DNA of 64,000 bases from contig NW_024704742.1 in NCBI RefSeq assembly GCF_018977255.1, positions 98,458,001-98,522,000 of the forward strand, written 5' to 3'. The translations under genes and the position numbers were made by a program. The DNA is from Callorhinchus milii (lineage: Eukaryota). The notes beneath the pieces were generated by a model. The model was not told where the DNA came from. It saw only the letters and a program-made list of their open reading frames with translations, and ran no database searches. Shown here one piece after another: positions 12,300 to 24,209 of the stretch; position 1 is the first letter of the stretch, and each line of letters opens with the position of its first letter.

Positions 12300-12930
12300 G
12301 AATAATTGAATAATCTAGGGATCTTCAGCTTTGAAAGGTGACATCTCAGAGGGAACCTTATAGAGACCAGGGTGAAAAGCAAGTTTAGGATAGACAAAAG
12401 GAAGTACTTGTAGCATATTGGTTAGAACTTTGCCTTACAAGTGAGCAGACCCTGGTTCGATTCCTGGGCGGGGTGAAACCTTAGGCAAGCTTCCTTGCTC
12501 CACATGCCTCAGTTTAGCTAGCAGGAAGTAGGAAATTGGTTGTTAGTGATTGACAGATCGCTTTCCAGGTGTAATAATCCCTTCAAAAAAATAATAATAA
12601 TAATTTGGCTACTCAATTCAGGACTGTTTGTGGGACATTGCTTTGTACAATTGCTGCTGAGTTTTGCCCACAATATATTCAGTCAATCCCGTTACCGTAT
12701 CTTCTGTGAAGCACTTTGAGATATCTCAATGATGCGATAAAGCACTATATCAAATGCAAGGATTATTATTCTTATTCTTATTATATTTCTTTACACTGAG
12801 GGCATTTAACATTTGAAATGCATCAGTATGAAGGGTGTTTTAGACCAGAATGTGTGCTCATTTAAAAAAAACAGATATGGCAAGAAGATTGAACTCAAAT
12901 GGATTAAAAGGCTACTTTATCCAAACTCTC
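12300..12930 (+). mobile_element. CR1 LINE 3' relic split by a SINE
   Basis: LFSFER..LRGNLIE-like sequence at ~12320-12365. The RKYFFT motif is split: AAAAGGAAGTACTT before the SINE and TTTCTTTACACTGAGG after it. Confidence 0.6.
12410..12785 (+). mobile_element. tRNA-derived SINE, long variant
   Basis: Head GTAGCATATTGGTTAGAAC...GGTTCGATTCC, Deu-like body and (ATT)-rich tail. Extra internal segment at ~12510-12570. Confidence 0.85.
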
Positions 12931-14344
12931 TTGTGATCTTGGGAATTCACTCTTTGAATGAATAAATATTAACATTGCCTGCTATACCACCCAACTTACT
13001 TTGGAAAACACTTCACAGTACCGTCTGAACACAAATTTGCAGTTAATTAATATGACCAGCGTATATTACACTCAATTAATTTGCACAGACCTCAATAAAC
13101 TACAACCATTGATGTTATTGTTGGCATCTATATAATCACAGTGCAATGTCTAAGCCATTTTCAGAAAATGGATTATTCTTTCTGCAATCGCAAGCCTATA
13201 ACTTTGCCTTGAACTGCAGGGTAAGAACAAAAAGTAGAGATTGACATGGCTGAGTGAGCTTTACAAATAAATGCTACACTAATCCTTGCCTTAGGATAGG
13301 GTACTAATGAATAGTAAGTGCTCTGGTGGCACAAAGAAGCAAGCTTTCAACTGTGATGTTGGGGCCAGTTAGTAACGACCATATTTCATCGGCTCACATC
13401 GTGACATGGTCATTATTAGTTTATTTTTAAATGAAACGTAAATCCAGTGCTGCAGTGTATCTGCCAATGCACCAGAAGCAGACAAAATATTTTGAAATAA
13501 CATTTTGCTCCAGACGAAGAATTTTAATTTTGCTTTTAACTCCAGTCTTTTCATCTTGGATCTATCCTTCCCCCATCACTCTGGTTTGCGAGCTGCCTTG
13601 TAACGGAATGACTTTCCTGTAACCTAATTAACAAACAAGACGAATTAATTATTGCACGGCCCTTCTTCTTCTGTACAGCATTACCCCTACTTAATTAACC
13701 TTGCTAAACCCTTATTATCTTGCAAGTAAATTACCCACAGCACAACTTACAGAAGAGGTTCTGTGCTACAGTCAAACATATCAACCTGAGTCACAATCAC
13801 TTCAATTGACTGGTGTAATTGCACTAATGATAATGGTGTCTCGGGCAATGGTAACAGTAAGAAATGTCTTTTACACGGTCTGCTTTGGATTGCTTATCTT
13901 ATTCTCTACACCATAGTGCTGGTAAAATTGTCTATATTGTACCATTTTTGCATCCAGAACCAATGACATCATTACTTCCAAAATAGTATGAATAAATAGT
14001 TTACTTCAGTTTATGTCATTTGTCATTTTGTTTTAATTAAAATGGGTGTTATTTCAAGTAATGCTTCACAGCCGGGGATTTATGGATTCTAAACCACTAG
14101 TTACAGTAAACTGTGTGACATGATCCATCCTTCCTTCCTTCCCTACTTCTATCAGATGGGCTTATATGCCTTTCTCTTTGGCTGACTCACCTTTCTCTCT
14201 AAGGTTTTCTGCTGCGCAGCTGAGCTTCACAATTCTCATTGCCTCACATTTTATATTTCTCTTCACCTGCTGCATTATTTATCATTTTCGATTTCTTCCA
14301 ACTTGTTTTTTTTTCTCTTTAACCCACTATACCACTTGCTTTCT

Positions 14345-14740
14345 CGCATGTAGTTTGACAGGCCCAGTTAGTAGCACTCTTGCCTCCAGGTCAGAAGATC
14401 CAGGTTGGAACTTGAGTTTGTACTCCAGGCTGAAACTCCCAACAATAACTTCCCCCTGTATATAGCCCTTCACAGAGAATAATGTCTCAAAGCACTTTAC
14501 AGAGACAATGGGAGCCTGAGCATAGTGGGAGATAGGGGAGTCGTTGGGAGTGTAGCACTGGGGGAGTGTTCGATTGTCAGAGATGTATCTTTCAGATGAA
14601 ATGTTAAACCAAAGTGTCATCTGCCTGTTCAGATAGATGCTAAAGATCTCATGATATTTCTTTAACAGAGTTTGCTCTGGTGTTCTGGCAATATTTCTTC
14701 AAATAAAATTGGACATTGTTTATGGTTGCTTTGTTTGCGT
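14345..14740 (+). mobile_element. Older Deu-domain SINE (SacSINE1/AmnSINE-like), decayed
   Basis: Head GTAGCACTCTTGCCTCCAGGTCAGAAG and Deu-like core CTTTCAGATGAAATGTTAAACC...CTGCCTGTTCAGATAGATGCTAAAGATCTCATG. A minus-strand L2 tail is nested at ~14445-14550. Confidence 0.6.
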
Positions 14741-14769
14741 CAGCATTTTTGATGTATAACAAAATCAAT

Positions 14770-15370
14770 ATTTGTCCAACATCAACTAAACTGAGGTTAT
14801 TCTACTAGGTTTCTGGCAGTGTTACCTTACCTCGGGTACTGACCATATTAAATTACCCATTGCTCATTCCTTTGTGAAAATTTTGTTTGATCCTCAACTC
14901 TCTTTCAAGTCTTCCATCCTGCTCTGACCAAGTCCACTTTCCTTCAACTGTGCAACATTGTGAACCTTCTACATTACCTTACCCCCATCCAGTTGAAACC
15001 CTCATTCACACTGTTGTCACATCCAGACTTAACCTTTCCAACACCCCACTTGCCTTGAACTTCCCAGGTCTACCCTCCACAAGCTTCAAGTCATACAGAC
15101 CTCCACATCCTGTATTTTCTCCTACACAGGGCTCCATGAGCCCATCTCCACCACCCTCACTAGACTCCACTGGCTTCCCATCCCCCCAAATGTCTGTAAC
15201 TTTGAGATTCTCATTCTTATCTTCAAATGATATCTTATTGTCACAACCTTGCCTCAGCCTACCTCTGTGATTTCCTGCGACCTTACTTCCCTAGAGATTC
15301 TCTCCACTGTTACCTCCGACTTGCTTACTCCTTCCCATTTGCTCCACTCTGCACTCAGCAGACAAGCTTT
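14770..15370 (+). mobile_element. Old L2 LINE fragment
   Basis: Peptide ETLIHTVVTSRLNLSN, C/T-rich strand, and RLHWLP-like CTAGACTCCACTGGCTTCCC. Confidence 0.75.
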
Positions 15371-17477
15371 CAATCAATATACACAGTCACACCACTCTAT
15401 AGTATATCCTGTTAAGTGCAAGAATTAACTAATAAATGCATATTAGAAAAGAATAGATTATGATATATTAAATTACTTTCAATGCCATTGACATAGTGTA
15501 TGCATTCTGTGGCAATCACGTTTCACCAAATCAGTGGTTTATTTGCATAAGTCGCCAAGTCTCAGTGTATATTATCTAATTATTTTATGATGTTTTGAAT
15601 TATTCAGTGTAAGGGGATAATACCATATTTTTCATGTAAAGTTTTGCATTTTTTCTGTTTATTCTGAAAAATGGTAACTTTACAAGCAATCAGTATAATA
15701 CTGTATTGCCTTGAAACATATTTGTTGCAATTAAGTTTATTAGAATAAAAATAATGATGTTTTCCAGTTTCATTTTTATTTCACTCATGATGTATTTTGC
15801 TCATAAAATGATTTATCTAATCACAAGTTTCCAACTTATCCCATTAGCACATTCAATAATAAAAAATAAATATGTATGAGGGTTTTGTCATTGTCGGTTG
15901 TATTGTGTATATTGCGTAGGTCATGAGAGGTTTAAAATGTTAGAACACAAATATAAATAAAATGCTATGATATACAAAGGAATAATAATGTGGAGCATTC
16001 ACTATTTGTATTTAATTAAATTCCAAAATGTAATTGACTGCTGTTGATACAGTACATTACACAACGCATAATTATACTCATGCAAAATAATATAACTTAC
16101 TCCATTAACACAGCTGGATAGAAATGACAAGCAACCGATAGCCAGCTGGGTTCAAAACTTACCAACTGCTCAGATTTTAATGAGAAATTAGTTTACAGAG
16201 GCCAAGTTGATTTTATTTTGGATATTGGGGTCTAATTTGCAGTATTTTCTAATGGGATTCCTTAATAAAGAAATCCAGTTGTGTTAATTGGGGAATGCTT
16301 TCAGCAATTAGAAGTTCGTCAAGTCAAATTCCTGAGTGGGATTCCAGTGGATCAACAGAAATTCTAGTGGTTAAAACATACCACAAATTTAATGTAGAAG
16401 AGTTTGACGAGGAAACTGACCTGGTCTTGACTGGGGCTAAAAGCAATGTGTACTTATGGCACTCAGGAATATGGTTGCCAGAGTCTGGAACGTATGTAGA
16501 ATTAAGGAAAGGGTGTTAGAACCTTGTGGATTATTAAATAGAACAATCATTACATTTCATATAGCACCTTATCACCTTATCAAAATGTCTCAAAGTAGTT
16601 TGCAGGGTTTTCCTTTACATAATGATGACTGTGCAATTCTGTAGGTGAACATTAAAAGTATTATGCATAAAGCTCATCTTTCCATTCGGAGCAATGACCA
16701 GATGAAATTAATCCATTCCATTGGACTGAATGGGATAAAAGTAATTCAACTGAATTTCTACCATTGCAGCACAGATGACAAATGGCAAATCTACATTGGT
16801 TTCATGGTTGTGGTGGAGTTTTAGTTAAACAGCTGACCCTACAACATAATAAAAACATTCAGCCAATCATTATAGGTGGAAGAGATATGCCTCGCCCCCT
16901 CCCCTGCCTGCTTCAAGACCAGTCTCAAGACCCTCCCCTTCGACTGTACCTTTGGTCACCCTCCATAACCCTTGCACTCCACCTTCCCCGATCCTGATCC
17001 GCAGCTGAAACACTGATTGTCCAGAGCCATGGACATCCTCTCGACATGAAAGGCACTATACAAATGTAATTTTTTGTTGTTGCTGCAAGATGTCCATCAT
17101 GTGGACTCTTTTATATTATGCATCATGTCCTTGGGGAAGGCTCAACCTAATAACCTTATGAGTACTGAACATCTTAAAAAGAATAAGCACACAACCAATA
17201 GTTTCTTACAAACTTAACAAGGCAATGTCTTTGTACTTTCAGTAGTTTATACTGACAGCACTAAGACATTGTTTGATTACATTACTGATTAAAAAAAACA
17301 ATGTTATTGCTGAAATTTCCAGCTAACCACTTATAATGTGTATAGAATTAACGACAGATAAGATGACTAAACTGAATATTCTGTTTCAAGAGACCAAAGG
17401 TGAAGATAAATAATCACAATCAATGCAACGTGGGCTTGCCCTTGTGGAACATGAAAAGTGTCAATCTGTAGCCTGTT

Positions 17478-17870
17478 ACATAGAGTTATATAAAATTATA
17501 TCATATGGAAACATTTGGCCCAACTAGTCCAGGCAGCATTTATAATCCACGCAAGCCCCCATCCTTCCTATTGTCCTCACCAATAACCCTCTATTCTAGC
17601 TCGCTCATGCATGCATCAAGTTTTCTCTTAAATACATTGATAATATTTGCTTCAAACACAGCTTCCGGTAGTGAGTTCCACATTCTCACTAATCTCTGCA
17701 TGAAGAAGTTCTTTCTAAATTCCCTATTAAATCTACTACTATCTATTTTATATTGCTGCCCTCTGGTTTGGGACTCATCAACAAGTGAAAACAAGCTATT
17801 AACATCCATCTTATCAAATCTTTTCATAACCCTAAACACCTCTCAATTGTCCATCTCTAGAGAGAATCAC
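17478..17870 (-). mobile_element. CR1 LINE 3' fragment
   Basis: ORF 17591-17839 encodes LFSLVDESQTRGQQYKI...FRKNFFMQRLVRMWNSLPEAVFEANIINVFKRKLD, the typical CR1 ORF2 C-terminus. Confidence 0.9.
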
Positions 17871-18104
17871 TTGTCATGGTTACGTGATATACATTATCAT
17901 CTTTAGATGATTATTCTAGAGATTTGCTTGATTAGAGTTGGGATTATAGAAATGTTTCACAGAATTGTGTCTTCATGGTAAATGTTTCTAAGATCATGTG
18001 CTTCCCTAAGACAATGTATTTCTGGTATGTCTTTCTGCCATGAGGAGTGCTATGCGAGTAAACTGTTATTGTTGTGTTACCTTCACCTTTTCTTCACCTT
18101 TCCC

Positions 18105-18870
18105 AGTTTGCCTGCTTGTGCCCAAACTCACATCAAACACTGCTGAAATTGTCATCCATGCCTTTGTTACCTGTTGACTAGACTTTTCCAACCCATTCCT
18201 CCACCATCCATAATCTGCAACTGATTCAAATCTCCGCCACCACACACGTACCCATGCATTGGCCAAACCACACTCTTAACCTATGGATCTCCCCTCTACC
18301 TCTCTGTCTTATCCCTTCTCTATCTGTCTTTAAATACCACCTAAAAACCTACCTCTTCAAATCATGCTGAAGATTATCCCTACGTTGCCCCACTTTTCCC
18401 TCGCTTGGCACCTGAACCATCCTTGTGAAGCACTCTGAGATATTATCCTATATGAAAGGCACTGTATAAATTTAAACAGTTGTTGTTCTTGTATGTTATA
18501 ACAGTTTCAGGACAGTAAAAATTCTATATGAATTTTCAAATCCAGGTTGCATGACCTCACCTGTCTGAATTACTTACCCACCACTCTCTGTCTGTGCTCA
18601 GCTGGCTCTGGCCTCCTGTTTGTCTCCTCCGCTCCACAATCGGTAGTCGTGCTTTCAGCCACTACGCCCCGAAACTCTGGAACTCTCTCCCTCAATCCCT
18701 CCACCTTGCCCCCTCCTTCCCCACCTTCAAATCCCATCTAAAGACTTCCATTTTTTACCATACGTATGGTCACCACCCCCTCCCCTGGTTCGGTGTAAGA
18801 CTCCGACACTGTCAAGCGTTCTGGGACACTACTCCACGTGAAAGGCGCTATATAAATTCAAGTTGTTGTT
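18105..18870 (+). mobile_element. Two tandem L2 3' fragments
   Basis: Peptide STIGSRAFSHYAPKLWNSLPQSLHLAPSFPTFKSHLKT. Tails end GTTGTTGTT at ~18488 and ~18870. Confidence 0.8.
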
Positions 18871-19002
18871 TCATCCACTAGATGACTTGTTAATGCCTGT
18901 TTGTAGGACCTTGCTGGCACAAATGAATGTCATGTTTTTCTACAAAAACAAACATTACATTTGACAGTAATTACCTGTGAAGCATTTTGAGGTGTCTATA
19001 TT

Positions 19003-19601
19003 AACAACAACAACAAAATGACATTGATATAGCACGTTTCACATTGGGTGGACATCCCAAGGTGCTGGACAATTAGTGTTTTGGACCTGAGCTGGGGATT
19101 GGGATCTTGGAGGGTGGAGAGCAAGGGGGCGAAGGAGGGTGACCGAAGGCACAGTCAAAGAGGAAGGTCTTGAGAACGATCTTGAAGGAGGCAAGGGAGG
19201 GAGCGAGGTGGAGGGACTGCAGGATGGAGTTCCAGAGGGTGGGGCCAGAGTGGCGGAAGGCCCGCCCGCCAATGGTGGAGAGGGCGAGGAGGGTAATTGA
19301 AGGAGGCTGGAATCCGTTGAGCTGAAGGAGCAGGCAGGCTGGTAGGGCGTTAGAAGGTTGCAGAGGGAGGGGGGAGCAAGGCGATGGATGGCTTTGAAAA
19401 TGAGGACTAGGATCTTGAACTGTATGCTCTGTGTGATGGGAAGCCAATGCAATTGGGCGAGGATGGGGGTGATCGCGTCACGGAGCCTGGTGCGGGAGAG
19501 GACACATGCTGCAGAATTCTGGATGATCTGCAGCCTATGGAAGGAGGAGTTGGGGAAGCCGATAAGCAGGAAGTTTGTATAATCGAGCCTGGATGTCATA
19601 A
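19003..19601 (-). mobile_element. L2 LINE 3' part (host of the CR1 insertion)
   Basis: Peptide TSRLDYTNFLLIG...[30 protein letters not shown]. (CAA)n tail at 19003-19016. Confidence 0.92.
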
Positions 19602-21865
19602 CATGATAGAATTTAGTATTAAGTTAGAAAGCAATGAAGTCAAATCCGAAGCAAGGGTCTTAAATTTAAATTAAGCTAATTTTGCAGGTATGAGGGAAGA
19701 ATTAGCTAAAATAGACTGGGGAATTAGATTAATGGATATGACAATAGACCAACAGTGGCAAACGTTTTAAGATGTAGTGCAAAATTCTCAGCGGTCACAT
19801 AGTCCCTTGAGGAATAAGAGTACCACAGGGAAAGCAATTCATCCGTGGCTAACTAGAGCAGTTAGAGAAAGTATAAAACAAAAAGAAAAGGCTTATAAAA
19901 CTGCCAAAAAGAGTAGCAAACCTGAGGACCGGGAGTGTTTTAGGGACCAACAAAGGAAAACCAAAAAGCTCATTAAGAGTGAGAAAATGGATTATGAGGG
20001 CAAACTAGCCAGGAACATTAAGACAGATTGTAAGAATTTTTTATAAATACGTTAAGAGAAATAGGCGAGCAAAAGTAAATATGGGTCCATTACTGGCAGA
20101 GACAGGAGGAATTATAATGGGGGATAAGGATATGGCTGAGTCCCTGAATAAATACTTTGCTTCTGTCTTCACGTTAAAAGACACAAGAGGTTCACCAGAA
20201 ATAGAGATAAACTAAGGGGCAAGTGATAGGGAGCAACTTAGGGAAATTTACATTAGCAAAGAATTAGTGCTAGGGAAATTGTTGGCATTAAAAAGTGACA
20301 AGTTCCCTGGACCTGATGGTTTGCATCCTAGGGTTTTAAAAGAGGTAGCTCATGAGATAGTAGAGGCCTTGTGTCTAATCTTCCAAAATTCTTTGGATTC
20401 TGAAACGGTTCCCATTGATTGGAAGAACACAAACATCACACCACTATTTAAGAAGGGTGGGAGAGAAAAGATGGGGAACTATAGACCAGTTAGTCTGACA
20501 TCGGTGGTAGGGAAAATTCTAGAAGCCTTAATTAAGGATGATGTAGTGGGATACTTAGAGGATCATAATATGATTAGACAGAGTCAACATGGCTTTACAA
20601 AAGGGAAGTCATGCTTAACAAATCTTTTAGATTTTTTTGAGGACATATCAAGTAGATTAGATAGGGGGGAATCAGTGGATGTAGTGTATTTAGATTTCCA
20701 AAAGGCATTCAATAAGGTGCCACATCAAAGGTTGATTCACAAGATTAGGGCACATGGAATTAAGGGGAAGATATTCGCATGGATTGAAGAATGGCTAACG
20801 GGAAGAAAACAAAGAGTAGGGATAAACGGATCCTTCTCAGATTGGCGGGATGTGACTAGTGGAGTGCCACAAGGATCAGTTTGGGCCTCAACTATTTACA
20901 ATCTACATCAACGATCTAGATGAGGACATCGAACTTAATATATCCAAATTCGCGAATGGAGGGAGAGTAAACACCGAGGATGACATTAAAAACGTGCAAC
21001 AAAATATGGATTGGCTGGGTGAGTGGGCAAATAAGTGGCAGATGAGTATAATGTAGGGAAGTGTGAGGTCATCCACCTAGGTGGCAAAAACAGTAGAGCA
21101 GATTATTTTTCTGAAGGAAAGTGACTAGATAGTGTTAGCGTTCAGAGGGACTTGAGTGTCCTTGTACACGAGTCACAAAAAGCTAGTTTGCGGTACAGCA
21201 AGCAATTAGGAAAGCTAACAGTATGTTGGCATTTGTTACAAAAGGGTTAGAATATAAGAGTAGGGAAGTCTTGTTGTAACTGTATAGGGCCCTGGTGAGA
21301 CCGCACCTAGAGTATTGTGTGCAGTTTTGGTCTCCTTATTTAAGAAAGGATGTACTCGCCTTGGAGGGGGTACAACGTAGATTCACTAGATTGATACCAG
21401 GGATAAGAGGGATGAGTTATGAGGATAGGTTGAACAATTTAGGCCTATATTCTCTAGAATATAGAAGAATGAGAGGTGATCTTATAGAAAACTATAAGAT
21501 TATTAAGGGGCACGACAGAATAGATAGTGGGAGACTTTTTCCCCTGGTTGGAGAAACTATAACCAGGGGTCACAGTCTTAAAATTAGGGGTAAGCTCTTT
21601 CGCACTGAGTTGAGGAAAAACATCTACTCAGAGGGTAGTGAATTTATGGAATTCTCTACCCCAAAGGGCTGTAGATGCTCAGTCTTTGAACATATTGAAG
21701 ACTGAGATTGATAGATTTCTTGTAGATAAAGGGATTAAGGGATATGGGGATAAGGCGGGGTAGGTGGAGTTAGAATAGATCAGCCATGATCTTATTGAAT
21801 GGCAGGGCAGGCTCGAGGGGCTGAATGACCTACTCCTGCTCCTAATTCTTATGTTCTTATGTTCT
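19597..21865 (+). mobile_element. CR1-clade LINE, 5'-truncated, ORF2 (end of endonuclease plus RT) with stops and frameshifts
   Basis: Motifs HNMIEF, PGPDGLHPRVLKE, NYRPVSLTSVVGKILE, SQHGFTKGKSCLTNLLDFFE, VDVVYLDFQKAF, VTSGVPQGSV and RPHLEYCVQFWSP. 3' tail is (TTCTTATG)n. Confidence 0.97.
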
Positions 21866-22090
21866 AATGCATATTTGAGGCTTGTGGTCTGAGACAGTGG
21901 CAGAGCCGGGTGATTTTGCGGAAGTGAGGAAAAGCAGAGTGGGTATGGCATGGATAGAAAGGATAGTTGAGGGTTAAACAAGACGCCAACATTCCAGACT
22001 GATTTAGTAAGGTGGAGTGTGCATCCTTGGATGGTGATACTGTCAGTGCCTGAGATATGGAGGCGCTGACGGGAGCCAATCAGGAGGTAC
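21866..22090 (-). mobile_element. Upstream continuation of the L2 interrupted by CR1
   Basis: Peptide [43 protein letters not shown] directly precedes the TSRLDY segment in intact copies. Confidence 0.9.
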
Positions 22091-24209
22091 TTGCATATCA
22101 AACGCAAGGAGTATTATTACTGCATTCATACAGTACCTAGGAATCAGATGAGAAGAGTTGTAGTTGCTCTTGTGATTATGTGCTTCTTATATTTAGGTCA
22201 TAATTCAAAATGACAGTGAAACTGTCGAGTACATTTTTGATTTTACTAGCATTATCCTTAAGTCAATTTGTCGAGGCAGAGATAATCTGAGTGCTATTAG
22301 TAGCCATAAACAGAAGGAATACACTCTGTACAAACAATGTTGTAAGTAAGTTGTTGGACCATTCTTTGGCATCAGTTGACTTATGCTCTGCTTCTTTGAA
22401 TAGATTGAAGTCTATTTTATGATATCCACAAACCCAATTCATTGTGTTAATTCCAACATCCGGTTACAAAATTCACAACATGAATCACTAACGCTTGGTG
22501 ATTTGAAGTGCAACTTTAGTGGCCTGTGACATTGGGTTGAAAAGTGTAATACTCTGCACTAATAGTAATTTCTTGTTTGTGATCAACTACAATATTTTGC
22601 ACTGTGCTGTTTCTTAGCCAAAAAAAACCCCAAAAATCCAAGAAGATCAAAGAACAAAATGTTGCTTGCCTGTTCAGCTGCAAATCAACTTTTATCAACA
22701 TTTGGGATCATGATTATGTCCCGATTATTTTTGATGCATTTGGTAAGAAATCCTACAATTTGAGTCTAAATCGGAAACCACAAAGAATAAAAGTAATGTT
22801 GAAAATTTGACCCTGAAGCTAAAATTAGCGGTGTTGCACATTACAGTCAATCAAACAAATTTCATACGTGGAAACATTTCGATTAAGGCAGAATTTTATG
22901 ATGCAAAATGTAACATCATAGAACAAATGCGATAATTATTGAATATATTATTGAAGTTGCTCCTCTGTGTTGAACTTGTGTGATTACCATTCTACATGCT
23001 TCTCGTGATAATGACTATCCTTCTAATGTATGAAAAGTAAGATAAAAATAATCTAACATGTTTTTTTGTCCTCGGGGCCGAGAGCATTCAGTATCACTCC
23101 ACAAGGCTCTTGGCTTCCCCACTGAACATTAATAAATTTGCTTCAGGTAAAACTGGAAGGACCCGAATAAAGCAGTTTGCTAAACTGAAATGAGATCGGG
23201 CCCTTAAAGGTACTCAGATGAGAACTGATGGTGATAACACATTAAAAACATATCAAGAGTTTAAACTTTTCATCTGTTATAGGTCAAACTTTCAGCCACA
23301 GAGGGTTGAGTCAGTAAGTGATGCAGAACTGTTCAATTATTATACTCATCAACGACTGGAAACATATGTTCTTCATGAAAAGTCATTAACCTTTCACAGT
23401 TTGCATATAAAACTCTCTGGAAGATGCTTCATATTTCTGTCTGATTGACGAAGGCTTTAACAGTGAATCATATTGAAGGACACCAAAAAAAGGACCATAA
23501 AACATCAGCAGGGTTATAGGCGCTATAGTTTTTAATTGCTGTGTGCCACTGGGCCTTTACAAAGCAATCAACCAGGCAATCTCCGCAGACAGCTCTACCA
23601 TAATACCTTCAACAATGGAGTTCTCACCCATCAGCAATATGGGGCTTATCAAAATCCCTATCACAATTAATGACCTTGTACAGAGAAATAAAAAAAATAA
23701 TTTAAGTGAGTTTGCCCTATTTTTGCAAGACATATTATGCAATTTCAAACATAATTTCTGATTTAATAATAGCTGCCAAGTGTTATTCCTAAGTTTAAAC
23801 TGCTACTTTTGTTGGCTGGATAATATAATGGCATTGAAAGCACAGCCAAGGTTTTCTGAAGATTTGTTCAATATATGTGCATATATGTAGATATCTAATT
23901 GTAATAATGGAGATATTTTCAAAAGTGCATTGCATCAACTGGATGCCAACAGTTCCATTCACATGTTAGGAAAGTGCTAAGACTTTCATCATGTGAGCTG
24001 AGTACTTAGCCAAACTTGAAGTTTGAAGAATGAGAGAGTTATGTAGATCCAGGGAATCATGCAAGAATGATTATTCTAAAAATCTCTATCTTGTACATTA
24101 CATTCATGTAAATAATATGGAGTCCCTCAATACTGATATAGCACCTTATCACCTCTTCAAGACGTCTCAAAGCACTTCACAAAATATACTGTATAGTAAA
24201 TTGACTGTA

